A stretch of DNA of 64,000 bases. Source: Bryobacteraceae bacterium. GTDB lineage: Bacteria; Acidobacteriota; Terriglobia; Bryobacterales; Bryobacteraceae. The position numbers and the translations under genes were made by a program. Within the stretch, counting starts at the first letter, position 1. Every line of letters starts with the position of its first letter. Below, piece by piece: positions 8,330 through 16,687 of the stretch. The notes under the pieces are model-generated. The model did not search any database and was not told where the DNA came from. It saw only the letters and a program-made list of their open reading frames with translations. The DNA is taken from NCBI GenBank assembly GCA_964201715.1, contig CAXNGH010000005.1, positions 25,665-89,664 of the forward strand. Direction: 5' to 3'.

Positions 8330-8684
8330 GCTCTTCGCTGTTTGCCGTGGGTAGAATCGCCGGTCAAAATTCTCCGGCGAGGGGCGAGTAAGCGTACTTG
8401 GCCCCGAGGTCGACGGTGGAAATGGCGGGCCGTGGAAAGCGAGGAAAACCAAAGGCAGGTTTTCACTCCCTTCCCACCGTCCTTGGAAATCGCAATAAGG
8501 CGCGATTTCCACATTTCCACCGCCGCGACGGCGGTGCCGTCGTTTTCCGCCCAAACCCAAACATGAGCTCCGCCCACCCCGAGTTCCCCTGATCGATTCA
8601 CGAAACCGTCGGCCCAGGGACCTCTGTGAGCCGATTCTCATCCTCGAGCTTTACGTTCCTTACCCACTCTAAACAGCGAGGAGG
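8330..8684. mobile_element. MITE-like non-autonomous element, copy 2 (355 bp)
   Basis: Imperfect inverted termini GCTCTTCGCTGTTTGCCGTGGGTAG (8330-8354) and TTACCCACTCTAAACAGCGAGGAGG (8660-8684). It is bracketed by a perfect 10-bp direct repeat CCATTTATCG (8320-8329 and 8685-8694). It lies in the same orientation as copy 1 and is intergenic. Confidence 0.75.
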
Positions 8685-8975
8685 CCATTTATCGCATTGG
8701 TTGGAGCCAGCCATTGCTTGCGTTCTTTAGCCAAACGGAACGCTGCGAAGCGGTCTCCCTCTCACGTTTTTGCTAGTCGGTCGATAACTCCCTCCGGATT
8801 AATGGGTTCTGGTCGTGCTTCTGGGCTTTTCCTCTCCCTCGGGTTCCGTTCACAAGGTGTGAGAATGAAAATAAGTCCCGATCGATTCAAATACCTACAA
8901 GGAAGTCCGCCCACCCTCCGATCCGTTTTCGCCGCCTCGCCTGCTAACGTGAGATCAAAGTACTTCGGTCGCTTT

Positions 8976-9036
8976 CGAACGCCCTGCCCTCACCCGGTGG
9001 GGCGTTCGCGTTTTCGCTCCGAACGTTTCTAAGGAG
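8976..9036 (+). promoter_or_regulatory. 5' leader with mutually exclusive hairpins upstream of the 9043 gene
   Basis: CGAACGCCC (8976-8984) pairs with GGGCGTTCG (9000-9008), 9 bp, followed by CGTTTTCG. CGTTCG (9003-9008) can instead pair with CGAACG (9020-9025), which sits just before the SD AAGGAG (9031-9036). Confidence 0.3.
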
Positions 9037-9042
9037 AACCCG

Positions 9043-9816
9043 ATGGAAACGCCCCTCACCGACGCCGAGAAAAAGGCCCGCCGCGCCGAAATCAACCGCG
9101 GCAACGCACAAAAGGGCACCGGCCCCCGCGCCGCCTCTGGCAAATCCAACTCGCGTCGCAACGGCCTCAAACACGGCCGCCACTCCGAGTTCATCGACTA
9201 TTGCTCCGCTGTCAACCCGGTCCCCGTTCCCGGCGAATCCATCGTCGACTACTCCCGCATACTCGACGCCCTCATGGCCAAAAAGCGGCCCCCGCGACCA
9301 CGCCGAAAAGGAGATCATCTACCGTGTTGCCGCCGGCCAGTGGGAGGCCCAACGCATTCGCTGCATTCGCCTCTTCCTCCTCGAAGACGAGTTCCAAACC
9401 GTCGAAGTCAACGTCCAGCACGAGGTCTCGCCCGCCTCCGCCTCGAAATCGCTGCGGCCGAACGCTCCATCGCCGCCTGCGACGGCGAGTTCAAGCCGCT
9501 CCGCAGCTTCGACCCCTTTGATCGGCCCCCTGCCAATTTCAACCCGGCCACCGACATCGCCCAACAGATTTATCCCTCGGTCCCGAAGCCAGAAGAAATG
9601 CCGGTCGCCGTCTCGGTCTGCAATCCGTACGTCGTTGAAAAGAAGGAATCGGCACCCACCGAAGCCACAGAAAATAGCGAAAGTCAAAGCCAACCGAAGC
9701 CAACTACGGCCCAGGAACAAGCCCGCGCCGAGCACGGCTATTCCATCGTCCTGCCGCCCCGTCGAGCCCCCCAGCGAGCGGAACCCGCTCCCAAAGTCCG
9801 AGCGGCCTCTAGCTGA
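9043..9816 (+). pseudogene. Conserved hypothetical protein (N-terminal NRxNAQKxTGPR...LKHG motif family), apparently frameshifted twice
   Basis: It has a good SD and ATG. The N-terminus is METPLTDAEKKARRAEINRGNAQKGTGPRAASGKSNSRRNGLKHGRHSE. Residues ~80-128 of the track ORF are R/P junk, whereas another frame reads DHAEKEIIYRVAAGQWEAQRIRCIRLFLLEDEFQTVEVNVQHEV. The frame leaves at the C5 run at 9289-9293 and returns near 9420-9430. Confidence 0.5.
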
Positions 9817-9827
9817 TATGGGAAATA

Positions 9828-11297
9828 TTGGACTGCCTTGGGTGGTGGTGTGGTACGCTTTGGTTGGTGCTGGACGCTCTCCCCAAACCCGCTCTCGATG
9901 CGAACTCGACCGAACCGCTCTACCGCCAACTGGCCGCATGGCTCCGCGCCGGGATCGATTCGGGTCGGCTCAAAGGCGGCGAACGCCTCCCCGCAACCCG
10001 AGAACTAGCCCAATACCTCGGTCTAAACCGGGCCACCATCTCCGCCGCCTACGCCCTTCTCGACGAAGGTCACCTCCTCTCCGGTCACGTCGGCAAAGGT
10101 AGTTTCGTCCGCACAGCCATTCCTGAGCCAATCCAGGCCAATCCAGGGCCATTCCCGACCGCCGCGATCAGTTTCACCACTTCACGCCCCTCCGCGGCCC
10201 TTTTCCCCGTCGACGCCTTCCGCCAATCCTGCCTCGAAGTCCTCGATTCCCCCGAAGTCTCCCAAATCCTCCAACTCGGCTCCCCTCAGGGCTACATCCC
10301 CCTGCGCCATTACCTCCTCGAGCAGGCCCGCCAATCCGGCATGGCCAACCCCGGAGACGATGTCCTCATCACCTCCGGCTGCCAGCAAGCCCTCGACCTT
10401 CTCCAGCGCATGATCGCCGCCGACCGCCCCTCCGCCGTCGCGATCGAAGATCCCGTCTACGCCGGCATCCGCAACGCGTTCACTCAGAATGGCCTCACGA
10501 CGATTCCCGTGCCCGTTTCGATAGACGGACTCGGCTTGGCGGCCCTCGAGCGCACCTTGGCCCATCAGCGGCCAGGTATGCTGGTGCTCACGCCGTCGTT
10601 CCAGAATCCAACAGGCAACACAATTCCCCTCGCCGACCGCCGTCGCCTCGTCGAACTTGCCCACGACGCCTCCTGCGTCATCGTCGAAAACGACATCTAC
10701 TCCGACCTCCGTTACACCGGCACCCCGCTGCCGGCTCTCAAGCAGCTCGACCCCTACGGCAACGTGCTCGTTATCAAAAGCTTCTCGAAAGCCGCCTTCC
10801 CCGGCCTCCGCGTCGGCTGGATCATCGGCCCTCGCTCGACCATCGCCCGCCTCATCGAAATCCGCCAGTGGTGCGACCTTCACACCGACCAACTCTCGCA
10901 AGCCGTCCTCCTGCGCTTTGCTGAGTCCGGTCGCCTCCACGCCCACCGACAACAGATCTGTGCCTCCGGTGCCGCCCGCCTCAAGGCCGTTCTCAACGCC
11001 TGCCGCGCCTACCTTCCCCCCGGTTCCCGCTTCACCCGTCCCGAAGGCGGCATGAATCTTTGGGTCGAACTACCCCCGGGGCGCAACGCCGCCGGGCTTC
11101 TCGAGGAGGCCTGCCGCAGGGGCGTCAGCTACCTGCCCGGTTCCGTCTTCGCCGTGAGTACCCCGGCCCCCAATTCGCTCCGGCTCAGCTTTGCCGGCCT
11201 CGAACCCCGTGAAATTGAAGAAGGCCTCCGCATCCTCGGACGCGTCTGCGCCGAACCCAAAGTTCCCGTTTATGAGCCCGAAACGGCTCTAGTTTAA
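9828..11297 (+). CDS. MocR-family regulator (GntR wHTH + class-I aminotransferase-like domain), PdxR-like; start uncertain
   Basis: EPLYRQLAAWLRAGIDSGRLKGGERLPATRELAQYLGLNRATISAAYALLDEGHLLSGHVGKGSFV is a GntR HTH. It is followed by an aminotransferase fold (SFSKAAFPGLRVGWIIGP carries the PLP-lysine motif). It lies immediately upstream of pdxS/pdxT. A GTG near 9867 is an alternative start. Confidence 0.85.
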   Translation: MDCLGWWCGTLWLVLDALPKPALDANSTEPLYRQLAAWLRAGIDSGRLKGGERLPATRELAQYLGLNRATISAAYALLDEGHLLSGHVGKGSFVRTAIPEPIQANPGPFPTAAISFTTSRPSAALFPVDAFRQSCLEVLDSPEVSQILQLGSPQGYIPLRHYLLEQARQSGMANPGDDVLITSGCQQALDLLQRMIAADRPSAVAIEDPVYAGIRNAFTQNGLTTIPVPVSIDGLGLAALERTLAHQRPGMLVLTPSFQNPTGNTIPLADRRRLVELAHDASCVIVENDIYSDLRYTGTPLPALKQLDPYGNVLVIKSFSKAAFPGLRVGWIIGPRSTIARLIEIRQWCDLHTDQLSQAVLLRFAESGRLHAHRQQICASGAARLKAVLNACRAYLPPGSRFTRPEGGMNLWVELPPGRNAAGLLEEACRRGVSYLPGSVFAVSTPAPNSLRLSFAGLEPREIEEGLRILGRVCAEPKVPVYEPETALV

Positions 11298-11319
11298 AAA
11301 CCCGTAAGGAGTCAATCCC

Positions 11320-12210
11320 ATGATCTTGAACGAAGAATACCGCCTCAAAGTAGGCTTGGCCGAAATGCTCAAAGGCGGCGTCATCATGGACGTCGTCACC
11401 CCCGAACAAGCCGTCATCGCCGAGCGCGCCGGCGCTTGCGCCGTCATGGCCCTCGAACGCGTCCCTTCCGATATCCGTCGCGACGGTGGCGTCGCCCGCA
11501 TGTCTCACATTAGCCTCATCCGCGGCATCATGGGCGCGGTCTCCATCCCCGTAATGGCCAAAGCCCGCATCGGCCACTTCACTGAAGCCCGCGTCCTCGA
11601 AGCCCTGTCGGTCGACTACATCGACGAATCCGAAGTTCTCACCCCGGCCGACGAAGAGCACCACATCGACAAGCGCGACTTCAAAGTCCCCTTCGTCTGC
11701 GGTGCCCGCAATCTCGGAGAAGCCCTGCGCCGCATCGGCGAAGGCGCCGCCATGATCCGCACCAAGGGCGAAGCCGGCTCGGGCAACATCGTCGAAGCCG
11801 TCCGCCACATGCGCACCATCGTCAAGGAAATACGCCAACTCACCGTCCTCGGCCACGAGGAGCTGATGGCGGAAGCCAAACGCCACCAAGCCCCCTTCGA
11901 ACTCATCGAGTGGGTTGCCAAAAATGGTAAGCTGCCCGTCCCGAACTTCTCAGCCGGCGGCATCGCCACCCCGGCGGACGCCGCGCTCGTCATGCAACTC
12001 GGTGCCGAAGCCGTCTTCGTCGGTTCCGGTATCTTCAAGTCCGAAAACCCCGAACAGTTTGCCAAGGCCATCGTCAAAGCCGCGACCTACTATAAGGACG
12101 CCCATAAAGTTCTCGAAGCCTGCGAAGAGATCGGCGAGTCGAAGGCCATGGTCGGCCTCGAAATCTCCAAGATCGCTGACGGCGAACTGATGCAAACCCG
12201 TGGCTGGTAA
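11320..12210 (+). CDS. pdxS: Pyridoxal 5'-phosphate synthase, lyase subunit PdxS
   Basis: 296 aa with [50 protein letters not shown]...[11 protein letters not shown]...[16 protein letters not shown]. This is the canonical PdxS/SNZ sequence. Confidence 0.95.
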   Translation: MILNEEYRLKVGLAEMLKGGVIMDVVTPEQAVIAERAGACAVMALERVPSDIRRDGGVARMSHISLIRGIMGAVSIPVMAKARIGHFTEARVLEALSVDYIDESEVLTPADEEHHIDKRDFKVPFVCGARNLGEALRRIGEGAAMIRTKGEAGSGNIVEAVRHMRTIVKEIRQLTVLGHEELMAEAKRHQAPFELIEWVAKNGKLPVPNFSAGGIATPADAALVMQLGAEAVFVGSGIFKSENPEQFAKAIVKAATYYKDAHKVLEACEEIGESKAMVGLEISKIADGELMQTRGW

Positions 12211-12760
12211 AGTCGTCGGAGTCCTCGCCCTGCAAGGCGACTACGAACGGCATGTGCGCGCGCTCGATGCAGCGGGCGCACATGCCGTAGAGGTCCGTAG
12301 CGCCGCTGAACTCGAAGCCACCGATGGCCTCGTCATCCCTGGAGGCGAAAGCACCACCATGCTAAAAATCCTCCATCGGGAAAGCCTCTTCGAGCCCCTC
12401 CGCGCCTATGGTCAAGCCAAACCCATCTTCGGCACCTGCGCCGGTGCCATCCTCCTTGCCGGCCGTGTCAGCTCCCCCGCACAGGAGTCGCTCGGGCTCA
12501 TGGATATCGACGTCCAGCGCAACGCCTACGGGCGCCAACTGGATTCGCGCGTCGTCACCCTTCCGACCAAGCTCGGCGACCTAGAAGCGGTCTTCATCCG
12601 CGCCCCCATCATCCGAGCCACCGGCCCTGCTGTTCAAGTGCTGGCCACCTACAGCGGCGATCCCGTCCTCGCCGAACAAGGCCGCCACCTGGTCGCCACG
12701 TTCCATCCGGAATTGACGGCCGATCTTCGCGTCCACGCCTACTTCCTGTCCAAGCTATAG
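12200..12760 (+). CDS. pdxT: PLP synthase glutaminase subunit PdxT
   Basis: 186 aa with [35 protein letters not shown] (catalytic Cys) and ATFHPELT. It overlaps pdxS by 11 nt. Confidence 0.9.
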   Translation: MAGKVVGVLALQGDYERHVRALDAAGAHAVEVRSAAELEATDGLVIPGGESTTMLKILHRESLFEPLRAYGQAKPIFGTCAGAILLAGRVSSPAQESLGLMDIDVQRNAYGRQLDSRVVTLPTKLGDLEAVFIRAPIIRATGPAVQVLATYSGDPVLAEQGRHLVATFHPELTADLRVHAYFLSKL

Positions 12761-13459
12761 ATGGCTCTGCGCCCAGTCGAGCATCGCCTTCTGCTCGGCG
12801 GCCTTCCCGATCCCGGCCTCGATGTTCACGTAGCGGATCCCCCGTTTCGCCATCAGCCGGGACAGGCTGCCGTCCTCCTCGCCCCCCGGCTTGCCCTGCA
12901 GCACCACGTTGAACGGGCTCGTCTTCAACTTGGCGAAATCCCCGGCATCGGTGCAGAGCAGGAACTCGTGCAGGTGCGCTTCGTCCTGGAGCGACACTTC
13001 CTCGCTGATCGCGACTTCGTCCTTCACCGAGTACCCTCGGGCGTTGTTATGCAGCGCGACCAGCAGCCCCTGGCCCGGTGGAGTCAGCCGCCGCACGAAG
13101 CTCTCCCGATCTCTGGCTACGATCTCCAATACGGCCCGCTTCTGCCACTCCTCCGCCTTCGGGTTCAGCCGGTCCAGGTTCCGCCGCAACCCCTCCTCGC
13201 TGAACATCCGGTTTGGGTCGTACTCCAATCCGTTCGTCGCTGTCACGGTGCGCTTGCTGTTCAGCACGGAGTAGCCGATTCCGTCGTGCGCCGCCAAGTG
13301 CGCCGCTAATACATCCCGCGCCGTCGTCTCGTCGCCGTGAATGAACAGGTACCGTCGGGCCGCGCTGCCCCGCCGAATCACCCGGAACCGGGCCCCGCAT
13401 GCCTTAATCTCCTTGCGCCGCCCGAACCACGGCAGCGCAAGAAAGCTCCGTCTCTCCAT
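12755..13459 (-). CDS. Putative zinc hydrolase of the M14 / succinylglutamate-desuccinylase-aspartoacylase type
   Basis: 234 aa. YLFIHGDETTA (HxxE), YDPNRMF (DxNR) and ALHNN resemble the AstE/AspA-M14 metal and substrate motifs. The N-terminus MERRSFLALPWFG is signal-like. The function call is tentative. Confidence 0.55.
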   Translation of the reverse strand: MERRSFLALPWFGRRKEIKACGARFRVIRRGSAARRYLFIHGDETTARDVLAAHLAAHDGIGYSVLNSKRTVTATNGLEYDPNRMFSEEGLRRNLDRLNPKAEEWQKRAVLEIVARDRESFVRRLTPPGQGLLVALHNNARGYSVKDEVAISEEVSLQDEAHLHEFLLCTDAGDFAKLKTSPFNVVLQGKPGGEEDGSLSRLMAKRGIRYVNIEAGIGKAAEQKAMLDWAQSHL

Positions 13460-13461
13460 TC

Positions 13462-16400
13462 CTACCTCACCTCGATTGTCACGTTCGGCAAGCTGCGATA
13501 TCCCGGGCTCTTCAGCACCACCGGCAAGGCTCCCCGTCGGCCTGTCTCCGGCACCCGGACGTTGATCTGGGTCAGTCCGAAGATCTGTCCCGGTGCCTGT
13601 CCAGCAAACAGCACATCCGCCGCTTGCCCGTCGATCTCGACTGTCAACGGGAACGCCAGCCCGTCTCCGCGCGGGGAAATCGCTCCCGCCTCCCCACGCG
13701 GCGCCAACTCGCCCGTGCCCGTGGCGTAAAGCACCAGAATCGATCCGACCGAAATCGGTGTAATTGGCCCGTTCAGCCCGCCGTCTTCGTTGAGCGCCGC
13801 CGCCTGTCCGCGGCCGCTCGCATCGGCCGTAAACAGCGCTGGTGATGTCGCCACCACCGCCGATGCCAGCGTAGTCCCCAGCGTTCCGTTCACCTCGGCC
13901 TGCACCGCCACGTTCGGCTGCCCGGCCACCGAACTCGGCACGATTCCACTCGCCTGGCTCTTGCTCACGTAGAGCAGCGGGACCGCCGAACCGTCCATCA
14001 ATAGCCGTACCCCCGCAATCGATCGCGGCAATCGACCGTTGCCATCCAGCCCGCCCAACGCGACTTCGTCCGGACCCAGGTTATCTCCGAAAACGGTGAA
14101 CACCATCAGCGGCACCAGCCCCGTCGTCAGAAGGCTGGCCGCGTTCGTCATCGCCCGAATCTGCGGCACGCGCGCCGCCGCCGTTACCGTATAAGTCACC
14201 GGCACTACCGTCGTTACGTTGCCGGGCTCGGTCGTGCTCACTCGAATCTCACCCCGATAAAAGCCCGCCCCCAGGCCTTGCGGCAACACGCTAACCAGTG
14301 GACTGCCCGGCGTTGTTCCCCCGGTCGTTGAAAGTCCAATCCAGGACGTGCTCGTGAACACCGTATACGGAATGGGCGTCGTCGTCGAAGTCACCTGCAG
14401 CGGTTGAGCCGCCGGCGCGATCCCTTCGTTCGCCGTGAACTGCAGCGCCGTCGGCGATACGCGGAGTTGCGAGTTCGCCGTCAGCGTCAGCGTCACCGGG
14501 ATCGTGATCGTACCCGCCCCGGAAACCGTTGGTGATACCTGGATATTACCCGCGTAGGTGCCCGGTCCCAGGCCTTGCGGGTTCACCGAAATTCCCATCG
14601 TCGTCGGTGCGTTCCCTCCGTTCGGGCTCACCGTCAGCCAAGTGCTCGACGACGTCGCCAGAAAGCCCAGCGGCGGGCTGGCCGCCGTTAATTGTACCGC
14701 CTGCGTCTGCGGCGCGCTGCCGATCACCGCGGTAAAATTGAGCGATGAAGGAGCCGCCGAAAATGAGAACTGGCGGGTCACGGTCAGCGACACCGGAACT
14801 GTCTGCGGGTTGTTGCCCGCTCCGTCTGCCCGCACCACAATCTGCGCGCTATACACCCCCTCGTTCAGATTCTGCGTGTTCAGTCCGACGCTTACAAAGC
14901 CCGGCGAAGTCCCGCTCGTTCCGCTCAGCCGCAGCCAGGTAGCCCCCGCATTCGAGTGGATCGCCGCCGTATAGGCAAGCGGCGCATCGGCAGAGGTGCT
15001 GTTGATTGCCACCGTCTGCTCCTGCGGTACGCCACCGCCGATCTGGAAGTTGAAGTTCAACTGCGGTGGGCTCAGTACTAAATTCGACACTGCCGTAGTG
15101 ATCGTAAAGACCACCGGGATCGCGATCGGGCCGCCGCCGTTGATCGGGGTAAAAATTACGGAACCCGTTCGAGTACCCGGCGATAGACCCACCGGGTTCA
15201 CCGCGATCACCGCTTGGCCCGGGGTCTGGGTGATCGTGTTGGCGACGACGAGCCAAGGCGTGTTTGGCGTCGTCGTCGTCGTGAACTCCAGACCCGGCGT
15301 GGTGCTGCTGATGTACAAGCCCTGCGCCTGCGGCGAAGGGCTGCCGGTGGCGTAGTTGAACGAAAGCTGCTGGGGGAATACGGTCAATGCACTCGGAGGA
15401 TTCGAGGCGATCGAGACCGGAATGTTCACCGGCGAGTTGCTCGCGTTCCCGGTGATTTGGATGTTGCCTTGGGTGATGCCCAAGGCCAGTCCGGTGATGT
15501 TAATGCGAACCGTCACCACCGCCGGTGTCTGGTCGCTGCTCTGGGTAACGACGACATACGGGAAGCCGCCGGTAACGTTCACGGCGATTGGGATATTACT
15601 CGGCCCGCTGCTTGTCACCGTGAAGGTCTGCGCCGGCGGCGCGGTGCCGGGACCGGGCACGGTGAAGCTCAACTGGCTCGAAGAAACGCTCAAGGTCACC
15701 TGGCCGACTGCGGTCAGCGTTACCGGGATCGTGACCGGGGCCGCGGCGGTGGCGCGGATCGTGATGCTGCCCTGGAAGACGCCAGCCGTTGTGACAACGG
15801 CTGGATCGACGAATACCTGGAGCGAGGCCGGGGTCGTGCTCGTGTTTAGACCGATGACCTGCAGCCAGTTGCCGCCGGTGCTGCTCACCGAGACGTTCAG
15901 CCCGGAGAGCGTTCCCCCTCCCGAGCCAATGTTTACCCCGAATGCCCCCACCGAGCAAGCGGCGCCCACTTGGCAGGTGAACGCGATTTGGGTCGGGGTG
16001 ACCGTGATCGGCCCCGCGCTAAGAATTGTCAGCGTATATTGGCGCTGCGCCGTCTGGCCTAACGTGTCAGCCGCCTGCAGCGTAAATACATAAATGCCCT
16101 CCACCGTGGGAATGCCCGACAGCGCGCCACCTTGATTGCCTACCGGGCCGCAGCTTGGCGATCGACTCGTGATGGTGATGCCCGGCGGCAGCGCCCCAGC
16201 GACGATACTCCACGTGCCGTTCGACGCACCATCGACCAAGCTGCCGCCCTGCGCCGAAAGGCACTGCGAAAAAGTGGCTCCAAGGATCGTCGACGGAAAC
16301 CCTACCGTCGCAATTGACAGCGAATCCAGAATCCGCAGCGACACAGTCCGCTCCGACGTCAGCCCCGCCGCGTCTCGAACCTGCACACGCAACGCTCCGG

Positions 16401-16647
16401 TGAATGTGCTGCCGGGCGTCCCGCTCAACAAGCCGCTCGTCGACAGTCCCATCGCGCTGGGCAAGGTTCCGGTGCTGAGAGTGAAGCTATAGGGGGCTGT
16501 GCCGCCGCTGGCACTGAACGCGTACGAATACAGACTGCCCACGCGGCCATCGGGCAGCGTGCTCACGGCTGGGCTGATCACGGGCTGGGCAAACGCGAGC
16601 AGAGCGCTGCCAAGCATCATGGGGAGAAGGCGAAGAACCAATGGCAT
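13462..16647 (-). CDS. Giant secreted surface protein with ~8 Ig/BACON-like beta-sandwich repeats and a Solibacter-type C-terminal domain
   Basis: Track ORF 13462-16695. The likely start is the ATG at comp. 16645-16647 ([22 protein letters not shown], a signal peptide). It has ~100-aa repeats (...LSFxxxxGxxxPxxQxxxxxS....WLxxS...G.TP..V.V.VNP.GL..G.Y.G.I...). The C-terminal ~230 aa (NAASLLTTG...[14 protein letters not shown]...[22 protein letters not shown]) matches my memory of TIGR03437. Confidence 0.8.
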   Translation of the reverse strand: MPLVLRLLPMMLGSALLAFAQPVISPAVSTLPDGRVGSLYSYAFSASGGTAPYSFTLSTGTLPSAMGLSTSGLLSGTPGSTFTGALRVQVRDAAGLTSERTVSLRILDSLSIATVGFPSTILGATFSQCLSAQGGSLVDGASNGTWSIVAGALPPGITITSRSPSCGPVGNQGGALSGIPTVEGIYVFTLQAADTLGQTAQRQYTLTILSAGPITVTPTQIAFTCQVGAACSVGAFGVNIGSGGGTLSGLNVSVSSTGGNWLQVIGLNTSTTPASLQVFVDPAVVTTAGVFQGSITIRATAAAPVTIPVTLTAVGQVTLSVSSSQLSFTVPGPGTAPPAQTFTVTSSGPSNIPIAVNVTGGFPYVVVTQSSDQTPAVVTVRINITGLALGITQGNIQITGNASNSPVNIPVSIASNPPSALTVFPQQLSFNYATGSPSPQAQGLYISSTTPGLEFTTTTTPNTPWLVVANTITQTPGQAVIAVNPVGLSPGTRTGSVIFTPINGGGPIAIPVVFTITTAVSNLVLSPPQLNFNFQIGGGVPQEQTVAINSTSADAPLAYTAAIHSNAGATWLRLSGTSGTSPGFVSVGLNTQNLNEGVYSAQIVVRADGAGNNPQTVPVSLTVTRQFSFSAAPSSLNFTAVIGSAPQTQAVQLTAASPPLGFLATSSSTWLTVSPNGGNAPTTMGISVNPQGLGPGTYAGNIQVSPTVSGAGTITIPVTLTLTANSQLRVSPTALQFTANEGIAPAAQPLQVTSTTTPIPYTVFTSTSWIGLSTTGGTTPGSPLVSVLPQGLGAGFYRGEIRVSTTEPGNVTTVVPVTYTVTAAARVPQIRAMTNAASLLTTGLVPLMVFTVFGDNLGPDEVALGGLDGNGRLPRSIAGVRLLMDGSAVPLLYVSKSQASGIVPSSVAGQPNVAVQAEVNGTLGTTLASAVVATSPALFTADASGRGQAAALNEDGGLNGPITPISVGSILVLYATGTGELAPRGEAGAISPRGDGLAFPLTVEIDGQAADVLFAGQAPGQIFGLTQINVRVPETGRRGALPVVLKSPGYRSLPNVTIEVR

Positions 16648-16687
16648 AATAGAGTCCGAAGCCCTCAGTATATCGGCCCGAAGTCCC

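Noticed and set aside
8697-9032. 111-aa plus-strand ORF between the MITE and the 9043 gene
   Set aside because: It has S/R/F-rich composition, no SD and atypical codon usage for a plus-strand gene in this region. The segment is better explained as a leader or intergenic sequence with the hairpins at 8976-9025.
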